From Candidatus Micrarchaeota archaeon (GTDB lineage Archaea; Micrarchaeota; Micrarchaeia; Micrarchaeales; CABMGC01), in the NCBI GenBank assembly GCA_964501245.1, contig CAZCSE010000002.1, positions 1-51,139 of the forward strand: DNA of 51,139 nucleotides, given 5' to 3'. The position numbers were made by a program, and so were the translations under genes. The first letter of the stretch is position 1, and every line of letters starts with the position of its first letter. This document shows positions 29,433-40,100 of this stretch, piece after piece. The notes below the pieces were generated by a model. The model searched no databases. It worked only from the letters and a program-made list of their open reading frames with translations, and was not told the origin of the DNA.

Positions 29433-29559
29433 CGCCAGGGTTGGGACTCTCAGAAAGTTAGGTTCTCCTAAGATTCATTTGAACCCAAAAGGCCGTGAGG
29501 CCACGCGCTTGCGGGTATCATTTCCAGGCGCGCGCGTTACCGGATTCTGCCACCCTGGC
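29433..29559 (-). tRNA. tRNA-Ser (anticodon GGA) interrupted by two introns: 12 nt at 37/38 (29510..29521) and 31 nt at 59/60 in the T-loop (29447..29477)
   Basis: Hand-folded 127-nt precursor. Acceptor GCCAGGG/CCCTGGC+G; anticodon stem CGCGC/GCGCG restored after removing ATGATACCCGCA; loop CUGGAAA. Variable arm GGCC-TCAC-GGCC. T stem TTGGG/CCCAA restored after removing the 31-nt insert, which folds as a strict helix-bulge-helix-bulge-helix. Confidence 0.75.
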
Positions 29560-29611
29560 ACGCTATACCTTCAGTTTGCTATCCTTATAATTCTTTTCCC
29601 ATGCTTCCTGT

Positions 29612-31069
29612 TTATTTATTCGGTTTTCTCTTTTCCTCTGGTCTTACCGCTGGGAAGAGAATTACCTCCTTCATCGAAGGAACGTTTGTGAGCAGCATTA
29701 TCAGCCTGTCCATACCTATTCCGCATCCTGCCGTCGGTGGCATTCCGTACTCTATAGCCTCTATGAAGTCCTTGTCGGAAGGTGGCGCTTCCTCGTCTCC
29801 CTTCTTCCTCTCCGCTTCCTGCTCCTCGAACTTCTTCCTCTGTTCTATAGGATTGGTAAGCTCTGAATAGCAATTTGCAACCTCCATCCCATTAACATAC
29901 ATCTCGAACCTCTCGCTCAGAAGCTTGTTTCCCCGTTTGTCCTTTGTGAGAGGACACATATATGCAGGGAAATCAAGTATAAATGTAGGATCTATCAGTG
30001 TTGGCTTTATATACTTGTCAAACAGCGAATCCGCAACATGATAATTGTTCAGTATTTTTGTATCGAGCTTCTCTTCCTTTGCTATTTTCTTTGCCTCTTC
30101 ATCAGTCATTTTTGATATGTCTATTCCGGAAAGTTTCTTCAGCTCCTCCACCCAGTATATCCTCTTGAACTTTGGCTTGAAGTTAAGCTCCTTATCCTGA
30201 TAGGTAAATGTGTATGAGCCGTGAATATGCTTCGCGAGCCCTGAGAGCATCTCCTCCATGAGTTCCATGAAGTCCTCATAATCCTTGTATGCCTCGTAGA
30301 ATTCAAGCATCGTAAATTCTGGATTGTGCGATGAATCTATGTCCTCGTTCCTGAAGTCCTTTGAGAATTCATATACCTTCTCGAATCCCCCTATTATCAG
30401 CCTTTTAAGGTAAAGCTCATTCGCCACTCTCAGATAGAAGTCCGATTCCAATGAATTGTAATATGTAGTAAAGGGCTTTGCATTCGCTCCTCCGTATGTT
30501 GGCTGAAGTATAGGTGTCTCGAATTCAAGATAACCTCTTGCATTGAAGAAGTTCCTGACATAATCCATTATCTTTGTCCTTGTCCTGAATACCCTCCTTA
30601 CATCAGGGTTCATTATTAGATCAAGATAGCGCTTCCTGTATCTCAGTTCAGTATCACTTATTCCATGGAACTTGTCAGGAAGTGTGCGAAGGGATTTTGA
30701 AAGAAGAACAGCTTTCCTTACCTCTATGCTTATCTCTCCGCGTGTGCTCTTTGTGACATTGCCCTCAACTCCTATTATATCCCCGATGTCTATGAACTGA
30801 AGAATCTCTGCCGCTTCTTTGTCTACCACGTCCTCACGGACCATTATCTGTATCTTGCCCGACTCGTCAAGGAGATCGATGAATATTATCTTGCCCATCT
30901 TCCTTAGCCGTATTATCCTTCCTGCAATGCTTGCGCTCTTGCCTTCATTGCTGCTGAAATTTGAGATTATCTCTGATGCTGTCTTTGTACGCTTGTAGGA
31001 GTACGGGTATGGATTTATGCCCTTCTCCAGCAGCGCTTCCACTTTCTTGACCTTTGTTTCCTCTGCCAT
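29612..31069 (-). CDS. lysS: Lysyl-tRNA synthetase, class II type
   Basis: OB-fold N-domain, motif 2 FRNEDIDSSHNPEFTMLEFYEAY, motif 3 GCGIGMDRLIMLLT. Confidence 0.9.
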   Translation of the reverse strand: MAEETKVKKVEALLEKGINPYPYSYKRTKTASEIISNFSSNEGKSASIAGRIIRLRKMGKIIFIDLLDESGKIQIMVREDVVDKEAAEILQFIDIGDIIGVEGNVTKSTRGEISIEVRKAVLLSKSLRTLPDKFHGISDTELRYRKRYLDLIMNPDVRRVFRTRTKIMDYVRNFFNARGYLEFETPILQPTYGGANAKPFTTYYNSLESDFYLRVANELYLKRLIIGGFEKVYEFSKDFRNEDIDSSHNPEFTMLEFYEAYKDYEDFMELMEEMLSGLAKHIHGSYTFTYQDKELNFKPKFKRIYWVEELKKLSGIDISKMTDEEAKKIAKEEKLDTKILNNYHVADSLFDKYIKPTLIDPTFILDFPAYMCPLTKDKRGNKLLSERFEMYVNGMEVANCYSELTNPIEQRKKFEEQEAERKKGDEEAPPSDKDFIEAIEYGMPPTAGCGIGMDRLIMLLTNVPSMKEVILFPAVRPEEKRKPNK

Positions 31070-31126
31070 CTAAACCCTTCAAATGCATTATATACAGATT
31101 ATACAGATACACCTAACTTTTATAGG

Positions 31127-31873
31127 TTATCTGTTAAAGTTCCACTCTGCGTTCCTGTAGACAGTTTCCTCAAGCTCTATGCTTCTCTCCGTTTCTTCCT
31201 TTGTAAGCGGCGATTCCTTCCACGCTCTGCCTTTTGTGAAGCTGTTGAACAGCGCTTCTCTTAGTTCATCGATGCTCGCGTGGCAGTTTGACCTTACATC
31301 AGTTATCCTATCTTCTGCACTCTTTATCATCTTGTCGGATAGCTTCTCCTTGCTTACATTTAATACAGAAAACATCTTCTTCACATCTGCAGTGTAGAGT
31401 ATCGTTCCATGAAGAAGTACCGCTCCATCTCTCCTCGTCTGTGCGTTCCCCGATATCTTCTTCCCGTCTACAGTTATGTCGTTTATTGGAGCATACTCTG
31501 CGTTTATGCCTATGCTCTTCAGCGCATCTATTATCATTGACGCGGAGAACCTGTAGCACTTCTGTATGCCATCGGGCAGTTCACCTTCCTTTGCTATAAG
31601 ACTGTACGTTATCTCTCCTTCAGAATCATGGTATACTGCTCCCCCTCCGGTAATCCTCCTTACGAAATCTATTCCGAGGGATTTGCACTGCTCAAGGTTT
31701 ACCTCCTTCCGCATGCTCTGGAATCTGCCTATGGAGACTGCGCTTGGCTTCCATGAGTATAGCCTTAACGTCATGCCGGAATTACCCATGGCAACTGATT
31801 CAAGGAGCGCGTGGTCTATCGACATGTTCTGGTATGCTGAATTTGATGAATAAGGTATCACTCTAAGTTCCAT
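31127..31873 (-). CDS. lplA: Lipoate-protein ligase A, catalytic (N-terminal) domain protein
   Basis: RRITGGGAVYHD and the lipoyl-AMP lysine region VDGKKISGNAQ. Lacks the C-terminal accessory domain. Confidence 0.8.
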   Translation of the reverse strand: MELRVIPYSSNSAYQNMSIDHALLESVAMGNSGMTLRLYSWKPSAVSIGRFQSMRKEVNLEQCKSLGIDFVRRITGGGAVYHDSEGEITYSLIAKEGELPDGIQKCYRFSASMIIDALKSIGINAEYAPINDITVDGKKISGNAQTRRDGAVLLHGTILYTADVKKMFSVLNVSKEKLSDKMIKSAEDRITDVRSNCHASIDELREALFNSFTKGRAWKESPLTKEETERSIELEETVYRNAEWNFNR

Positions 31874-32179
31874 TTATATCTCCCTCGCTGTTGCATCCCT
31901 TATTGCAGTGACTATGCTGTTTGCTGATATGCCTACCAGCTTGGCCTTGTGCGATTCGACCACGTTGTTTATTATGTCCCTCAGCTCCATGTTATTCATT
32001 GCAAGCGGCACACCCTCCAGCGCCCTCTCTATATCCATTACGCAGCCTTCAGGATATATAAAGAAATCCCCGGTTATGATGAGCTTCTCTATCTTGTCTG
32101 AGTAAGTTATATCTACGCAGACTAGCTTCTCGCCAGGATTCTTCTTCTCAGCATACCCCTTCATAGTAATGAAGGTCAA
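31874..32179 (-). CDS. lplB: Lipoate-protein ligase accessory (C-terminal) domain protein, LplB-like
   Basis: 101 aa. Its stop TAA abuts the lplA ATG directly. ITGDFFIYPE string is typical of the LplA C-terminal domain. Same bipartite arrangement as known from Thermoplasma. Confidence 0.55.
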   Translation of the reverse strand: MTFITMKGYAEKKNPGEKLVCVDITYSDKIEKLIITGDFFIYPEGCVMDIERALEGVPLAMNNMELRDIINNVVESHKAKLVGISANSIVTAIRDATAREI

Positions 32180-32289
32180 AACGCAAAATATATAAATAAG
32201 TCCTTACAATATGAATCAGTTAAACATACCCTTAATTTGAAGTATGTTTATTGCGCAGCCTTTGCGCATATAATATCAAGGATGTGAAG

Positions 32290-32736
32290 ATGTACTTTAT
32301 AGTAAGAGTAACCGCGTCGCAGGAGAAGATAACTGCAGACATACTGCAGAATAAGTCAAAAGGAAAGGAAAATGGAGTATACTCGATAATAATACCGCAG
32401 GGAATGCGCGGCTACATAATAATAGAAGCGCAGGACGAGATAGCATGCAGGGACCTCATACTTAACGAACCCCATGTAAAAGGTATGCTTCCCAAGCCTC
32501 TCACTCAGGAAGAGATAGACAAGGTACTCGCCAAGAAGCAGCAGTCCCAGGACATAGCGCCAAACGACCTTGTGGAGTTCTTTGCAGGGCCGTTCAAGGG
32601 ATACAAGGCAAAGGTAATAAATACTGACCCATCAAAAGATGAGATTACAGTAGAGCTTATGGATGTTGCAGTTCCAATACCTGTAACGACAAAATCTAAC
32701 ATGGCTCGCGTAATAGAGAAGGCAGAAAAGGTGTAA
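32290..32736 (+). CDS. spt5: Transcription elongation factor Spt5 (archaeal NusG)
   Basis: NGN domain starting MYFIVRVTASQEK and KOW motif DLVEFFAGPFKGYKAKV. Immediately upstream of rpl11, the conserved order. The ATG at 32290 is preferred over the track start at 32251. Confidence 0.8.
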   Translation: MYFIVRVTASQEKITADILQNKSKGKENGVYSIIIPQGMRGYIIIEAQDEIACRDLILNEPHVKGMLPKPLTQEEIDKVLAKKQQSQDIAPNDLVEFFAGPFKGYKAKVINTDPSKDEITVELMDVAVPIPVTTKSNMARVIEKAEKV

Positions 32737-32738
32737 AA

Positions 32739-33206
32739 ATGGCAGATGCTATAATAAATGGATTAATAGAAGGAGGAAAGGCTACCAATGGTGCGCCTTT
32801 CGGCCCAGCTCTTGGCCCTCTCGGGGTCAATGTTGCAGCGATAATAGACGAGATAAACAAGAAGACACAGGCATTTGAAGGAGTAAAGGTTCCTGTAAAG
32901 GTTATAGTCAATCCTTCTACAAAGAAGTACACTGTTGAAGTTGGAGCTCCTCCCACAAGCGCCCTTATACTTAAGGAGATAGGGATACAGAAAGGGGCTA
33001 AGACCAAGGATGAGGTAGCCGGTAATATAACGCTCGAGCAGGTAAAGAATGTTGCCAAGGCAAAGGAGTCTAAGATGTATGGCAACAGCATGAAGGAGAG
33101 AGTCAATCAGATACTCGGCACCTGCAAGTCGATGAATGTGACTTGCGAAGGCATAAGTGCAAAGGAGATGATTGCAAAGATAAAGAGTGGCGAAGTGAAG
33201 GTGTAA
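32739..33206 (+). CDS. rpl11: 50S ribosomal protein L11 (uL11)
   Basis: GGKATNGAPFGPALGPLGVNV... typical L11 N-domain. Conserved spt5-rpl11 linkage. Confidence 0.9.
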   Translation: MADAIINGLIEGGKATNGAPFGPALGPLGVNVAAIIDEINKKTQAFEGVKVPVKVIVNPSTKKYTVEVGAPPTSALILKEIGIQKGAKTKDEVAGNITLEQVKNVAKAKESKMYGNSMKERVNQILGTCKSMNVTCEGISAKEMIAKIKSGEVKV

Positions 33207-33304
33207 TCAGCCACTGCACCTTTATAGTTAGATTAGGCTGCTCTTTGATCTGTCTTAATCATAGGTATAGATAAGCGGAGCTTATGCTAAGTGTCTAATT
33301 ATAA

Positions 33305-33421
33305 TGCCAAACAGCAATATGCTTTCCCACTCTTCCGAGCAGTATTTCATATCGTGAACAGGCTTAGCTTCCGAGTTCGGGATGGGTTCGGGCGTTTCCC
33401 TGTTCCTATGGCCGTTTGACA
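33305..33421 (-). rRNA. 5S ribosomal RNA, stand-alone copy
   Basis: The minus strand reads TGTCAAACGGCCATAGGAACAGGGAAACGCCCGAACCCATCCCGAACTCGGAAGCTAAGCC...GCTGTTTGGCA. It has the universal CCGAAC..GAAGTTAAGC-type core, and helix I closes between the two ends. Ends are accurate to a few nt. Confidence 0.85.
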
Positions 33422-33505
33422 GCATAATTAAGACAATAAAGTATTTAATGTTTGCTGTTAGCTGCTGCTTTGATGGAATTCTGCAGATTTTGCTTCTGAA
33501 TGGAT

Positions 33506-34396
33506 TCAGCCGAATATGTTGACATGCTCATGCAATGTGCCGTTGTATGGCTTGCTTCCTACAGTGAGCAGCTCTGGGCCTATTCCGCCTCCGCATGGTC
33601 CGTCAAAGTTTATCCAGTATGTGCCGTAAGTGGCATTGGCAGCTATTCTTACGTATGCTGTGGTATTTATGCTGCCGTTTGCTGCCTGGAAGACCTTCGG
33701 GCTGAAGGTTATGTTCACTCCTGTCGGTTGGAATGATGCTATACTATCATTGTACCTTAACAGATAGTAATGCGTCCTTGTGCTGTTGAAGCCTTGAGGT
33801 TCTGAGAGTGTCTGTGTTATGCTCTCTGCAAGCCTGAAGCTTCCTGATGATCCCCTGCCGATGACATAATCGGTAATGTTCTTTGTAGTGTTGCCGACAG
33901 TATAGTTCAGGGCGTATGCTGAAAAGCCACTTTCACTGGCTATGCTCCCATTCATATGATAGTTAAGGAAGATGCACGAGTATGCTGAAGATATCTGCCC
34001 AGGGGTTACTGTAGCATTTGCAGATGAATTGACATATGATACTGTTGTTACAGGTGCTGTCGTTAAGCTTGTTTTGCTGCTTGTATTATGCGCATTGGAA
34101 TATGGAGAGATACCCGCATATGAGTATAGAGCATATGCCACTATTCCAAGTATAATAACTACACCGATGATCTTTGCAAACATTGCAGAGTAATTGTTGG
34201 TTGTTTTGTAATATTTCAGTTTCTTGAAGTATTCCGAATCGACCTTCTGCACTGCATGCACTCTTATCAGTTCATCTATATGCTGGCTGACCGTAGCTTT
34301 TGATAGTCCCAGTTCTTTGCTAAGCTCGGTAATCGTCATCTTCCTGTTTTCAAGAAGTCCAAGTATCTTCTTCTTTGTCTCAAGAGTCTTTCCCAA
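33506..34396 (-). CDS. Membrane-tethered ArsR-type winged-helix regulator with an extracytoplasmic beta-rich, sequon-rich domain
   Basis: N-terminal wHTH (KKKILGLLENRKMTITELSKELGLSKATVSQHIDEL), one TM helix (FAKIIGVVIILGIVAYALYSYAG), then about 190 aa rich in N-x-S/T sequons. Confidence 0.6.
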   Translation of the reverse strand: MGKTLETKKKILGLLENRKMTITELSKELGLSKATVSQHIDELIRVHAVQKVDSEYFKKLKYYKTTNNYSAMFAKIIGVVIILGIVAYALYSYAGISPYSNAHNTSSKTSLTTAPVTTVSYVNSSANATVTPGQISSAYSCIFLNYHMNGSIASESGFSAYALNYTVGNTTKNITDYVIGRGSSGSFRLAESITQTLSEPQGFNSTRTHYYLLRYNDSIASFQPTGVNITFSPKVFQAANGSINTTAYVRIAANATYGTYWINFDGPCGGGIGPELLTVGSKPYNGTLHEHVNIFG

Positions 34397-34457
34397 ATAA
34401 TCACAGTAAGGATAAGTAATTCAAATTTAAACTCTTTTCTGAAAAGTTAGGTTTTTG

Positions 34458-35057
34458 TTAGGTTCTGTCTCGTAAAAGTTCCTTTACATTGCTTATGAAT
34501 ATAATCAGTTCACTTGTATGAGGCATCCTTTTGATGGATGTCTCGACTGCCTTAAGGGATTCCTTTACGGCATTTATCTCTTCCACAGGTATAGCTACTG
34601 TCGTTTTGTTTTGATTGCCTGACTTAGCGTTTTCATCTTTTACATATGCAACTTTAGCAACTTTGTATGACTTATACTCAGCGTCTATGTAAAGTCCGCT
34701 TTTATCAGGACTATTGGAGCATCTGACTATCACCTGTCCGATTCCAGGGCAGTGAGCAGAATAGTGGCCATCGGGAAGCATTTTTGCCTCTTCAGGAGTT
34801 GCCGGAAAGAATAGTCCGTCTTCGTTTATCCTGAATATTCCGCTGTTCTTGCTTCCTTTGTCAGAGGTCCATATGCTTCCTGCATTCCTAAGCTCGTTCC
34901 TGAAGTCAGCATCATTAAAGAATAACGATGCGATTTCCTTTAATGAAACCTGCCTGTAACCTGAAGGCATGACTCTTTGTATATCATCTACGAGAACCTC
35001 TTTTTCAGATAACATCGGCTTTTTGGATCTCTCCCTGAAAACTTTTGCATTATCCAT
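34458..35057 (-). CDS. Hypothetical protein, member 1 of the six-copy paralog family
   Basis: Shares the blocks GYRQVSLKEIASLFFNDADFRNELRN..IWTSD, TPEEAKMLPDG and KVAYVKD with ORFs at 39565, 40101, 45139, 45489 and 45996. Confidence 0.55.
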   Translation of the reverse strand: MDNAKVFRERSKKPMLSEKEVLVDDIQRVMPSGYRQVSLKEIASLFFNDADFRNELRNAGSIWTSDKGSKNSGIFRINEDGLFFPATPEEAKMLPDGHYSAHCPGIGQVIVRCSNSPDKSGLYIDAEYKSYKVAKVAYVKDENAKSGNQNKTTVAIPVEEINAVKESLKAVETSIKRMPHTSELIIFISNVKELLRDRT

Positions 35058-35162
35058 AGTAACACTTGCATATTTAATCTCTAAAAGGTAGATTAATCGT
35101 GTTAATAAAGTTAATCTGCAGACCTTGCCTGTTTTGGTCTGTGGAGGAAAGTTGGATGTCTA

Positions 35163-35237
35163 CGGGCCCGGTGGGATTTGAACCCACGACTTAAAGGTTA
35201 AAAGCCTTCCACTCTAGCCAAACTGAGTTACGGACCC
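35163..35237 (-). tRNA. tRNA-Lys (anticodon UUU)
   Basis: Hand-folded: acceptor GGGTCCG/CGGGCCC, D stem ACTC/GAGT, anticodon stem GAAGG/CCTTT with loop CTTTTAA, T arm GTGGG-TTCAAAT-CCCAC. Confidence 0.85.
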
Positions 35238-35298
35238 GCATGGATTATATGAATAGAAAGTAATAAATATGTAAAATCTAATATTTTAATTGATAGCT

Positions 35299-35433
35299 AT
35301 GAAGGAGGATGAGCACGTAAGGATGTATGGAAAGGAATTCCACGAAGTAGAGTTTCTTGAGATAAAGTGCCCAATCTGCAAAGGCAGAGTTGATGAGTTA
35401 GGTTATTGCAACTGCGGCTCAGGAGACTCATAA
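35299..35433 (+). CDS. Possible 44-aa zinc-ribbon mini-protein (not in the ORF track)
   Basis: ATG..TAA ORF MKEDEHVRMYGKEFHEVEFLEIKCPICKGRVDELGYCNCGSGDS with a CxxC...CxC pattern. Sits in the otherwise empty gap between tRNA-Lys and OFOR-beta. Confidence 0.3.
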   Translation: MKEDEHVRMYGKEFHEVEFLEIKCPICKGRVDELGYCNCGSGDS

Positions 35434-35437
35434 TCAA

Positions 35438-38204
<2,767 letters not shown>

Positions 38205-38274
38205 TGATACACCAACCGAATTATATATGGATTTTATTCCCTGCGCAAGTTAAAATATTTATCGTTAGTCTCTC

Positions 38275-39453
38275 TTACTTTCGTGCAGCGATTTTATACC
38301 CATCTTTCATCTCTGTAGAGTACCTATACTCTATTATGTCAAGCAGCTGCCGCTCCGTAGTCTTTCCAAGCCCTCTGGCAGCCTGATATAGAAGGCTCTT
38401 GATCAGATTGTTAGTATCCTCTGGAAGGAAGGTGACGGAATTCTCCACATCTATCTCTTTTCTTATCTTCCTTCCTATTACAAGCTCGTTGTTTTCACTT
38501 ATGCATAGGTTATAACCTCCGCCTAATGTAGATGGTATGAAGTGTGCGAATTTACTATCATCTACCTTTCCCCCATATACTCTGGGCAGTGGTACCTCCC
38601 ATGTCCTGAATAGCGTCCTTATAGATTCATTATCCTTAGTTGCTTTTTTGTGGCGTTCTATCATCTCCATAGCCCCAATATTTGTTATGTACTGATTCGT
38701 TGTCATCGCACCATTCTCCACTATATCAGGCTTGAGTCCAAGCTGTTCTACATACTTCAATATTGATATGAGGAAGTAACTCTCTGTAGATTGTGAGGCT
38801 TCAACAGTCTTTTTGTCAGCTATACCTAGCCTTCTATAGTATACCCTCTTTCCGAAAGGATCCGTAGTTTCATATGGGGTTATATCCCTCTGGAATATTC
38901 TCATCTCTCCTGCACCGTCGCTTGTTACTATGCTTGATATTGTTCTCTTGTTATCCCTCTCGGTGTTCCATGGAAGGCCATACTGCCATCCGTTTGTCTT
39001 TGACACCATCTCGAGTGCAGAACCCACCGTGCCTGTAAACTCAAAAAGGCTCTCGAAATTAAATTTTTTATAATCAAATATCTCATTGTCCTGAAGAACT
39101 GCAAGATTCCTTACGCCACTCAACAGATAGAAATCTTCTGCCACTGCACGTTCCTTTTGCTTTCCTCCTTTCCTGTTTGTCGTCCAGTAGAAGTCTTCCT
39201 CTCTTGCAGCCCTGTAGAGAAGTTGCTTGTACTCGTTCCTCTCGTGCTTCTCGAGGTTTCTCAGGTAGCCCTCACCTTCCATCCTTCCAACTGCACGCCT
39301 TATATCATCTAGAGAGACTGCAGGTACGCGATACCTCTGAAGCTCATCGGACCTTAGTGCTTCGATCCTTGTAGTTATGCCTGCCTGATCCAGCTTCCGC
39401 AATCCATTAGGATAAACCTGATATGTTTCCATCATTGCGATCCCTATGAGCAA
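38275..39453 (-). CDS. Hypothetical 392-aa soluble protein, no recognised domain
   Basis: Long ORF with normal composition, divergent from family members 2 and 3. The start is uncertain (ATG ATG at about 39435 is also possible). Confidence 0.5.
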   Translation of the reverse strand: MLIGIAMMETYQVYPNGLRKLDQAGITTRIEALRSDELQRYRVPAVSLDDIRRAVGRMEGEGYLRNLEKHERNEYKQLLYRAAREEDFYWTTNRKGGKQKERAVAEDFYLLSGVRNLAVLQDNEIFDYKKFNFESLFEFTGTVGSALEMVSKTNGWQYGLPWNTERDNKRTISSIVTSDGAGEMRIFQRDITPYETTDPFGKRVYYRRLGIADKKTVEASQSTESYFLISILKYVEQLGLKPDIVENGAMTTNQYITNIGAMEMIERHKKATKDNESIRTLFRTWEVPLPRVYGGKVDDSKFAHFIPSTLGGGYNLCISENNELVIGRKIRKEIDVENSVTFLPEDTNNLIKSLLYQAARGLGKTTERQLLDIIEYRYSTEMKDGYKIAARK

Positions 39454-39532
39454 TGTATATCTTGTATTTGCGATTCCCCATTATAACAAAGCAGGGAATC
39501 TTATAAAAGGTATCTGAGAGCATTGCGCTGAT

Positions 39533-39545
39533 TTTATAAATCAGG
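39533..39545 (+). promoter_or_regulatory. TATA-box-containing promoter string TTTATAAATCAGG upstream of paralog gene 39565; identical 13-mer at 45058..45070
   Basis: An exact 13-nt identity between two intergenic regions that both precede members of the paralog family. The TATA core lies about 25-30 nt before the ATG at 39565. Confidence 0.4.
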
Positions 39546-39564
39546 CATTTCATCCACATAGTAG

Positions 39565-40095
39565 ATGATAATGAACACGTTTACTGGTCAGTTTAAGGCG
39601 TATCCTGGATTTACTGTGGATAAGGATAATGAGCGCAGCTTTGTTATTGAAGATGGCAATTATAAGATAGGGATAACTGGCAGGGCAGTCGACAGTAGGA
39701 TGGTAAAATTCCTCATCCCTGATGATTGCAGGCAGATAAGCCTTCCAGAAGCAATAGAGGTATATGTGCACTCCAGACCTTTCAGGAAGATGCTGCATAA
39801 TTGCACCGTGTGGATAGGGCACAATGGTCTTGACACTGCAGGATACAAGGAGATACTTGACGATTATTCATTCAGAACCGTATCAAGGTATAAGTTCTAC
39901 AAACTTCCTGAAGAGAGGAGATCCTTCCATAACAGAGGAGGGGGTGCAGTAACCATAGACGGCATGTTCGGAGGTGGCTGTCTGAACATAAGTGCATGGT
40001 ACAATCCTTCAGCGGTAGAGGCGAGGATAGCTTATGTAATTGATAGAGGAATGTGCAGAGATGGAGCAGACTTGGCAAGTCTTAGAAGAGGCTGA
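39565..40095 (+). CDS. Hypothetical protein, paralog family member 2
   Basis: DCRQISLPEAIEVYVHSRPFRKMLHNCTVWIGHNG, LPEERRSFHNRGGG and ARIAYVID blocks shared with the family. Confidence 0.55.
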   Translation: MIMNTFTGQFKAYPGFTVDKDNERSFVIEDGNYKIGITGRAVDSRMVKFLIPDDCRQISLPEAIEVYVHSRPFRKMLHNCTVWIGHNGLDTAGYKEILDDYSFRTVSRYKFYKLPEERRSFHNRGGGAVTIDGMFGGGCLNISAWYNPSAVEARIAYVIDRGMCRDGADLASLRRG

Positions 40096-40100
40096 TTATC

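Noticed and set aside
29479-29691. A 70-aa plus-strand ORF (TTG start) spanning the tRNA-Ser locus and the lysS 3' end.
   Set aside because: The region is explained by the two-intron tRNA-Ser on the opposite strand and by lysS. The same applies to ORF 23842..24027, which overlaps the 3' half of tRNA-Leu.
38356-38382. A Walker-A-like string AARGLGKTT in the 392-aa hypothetical protein.
   Set aside because: It lies only about 26 residues from the C-terminus. No room is left for a P-loop NTPase fold or a Walker B motif, so the match is probably fortuitous.
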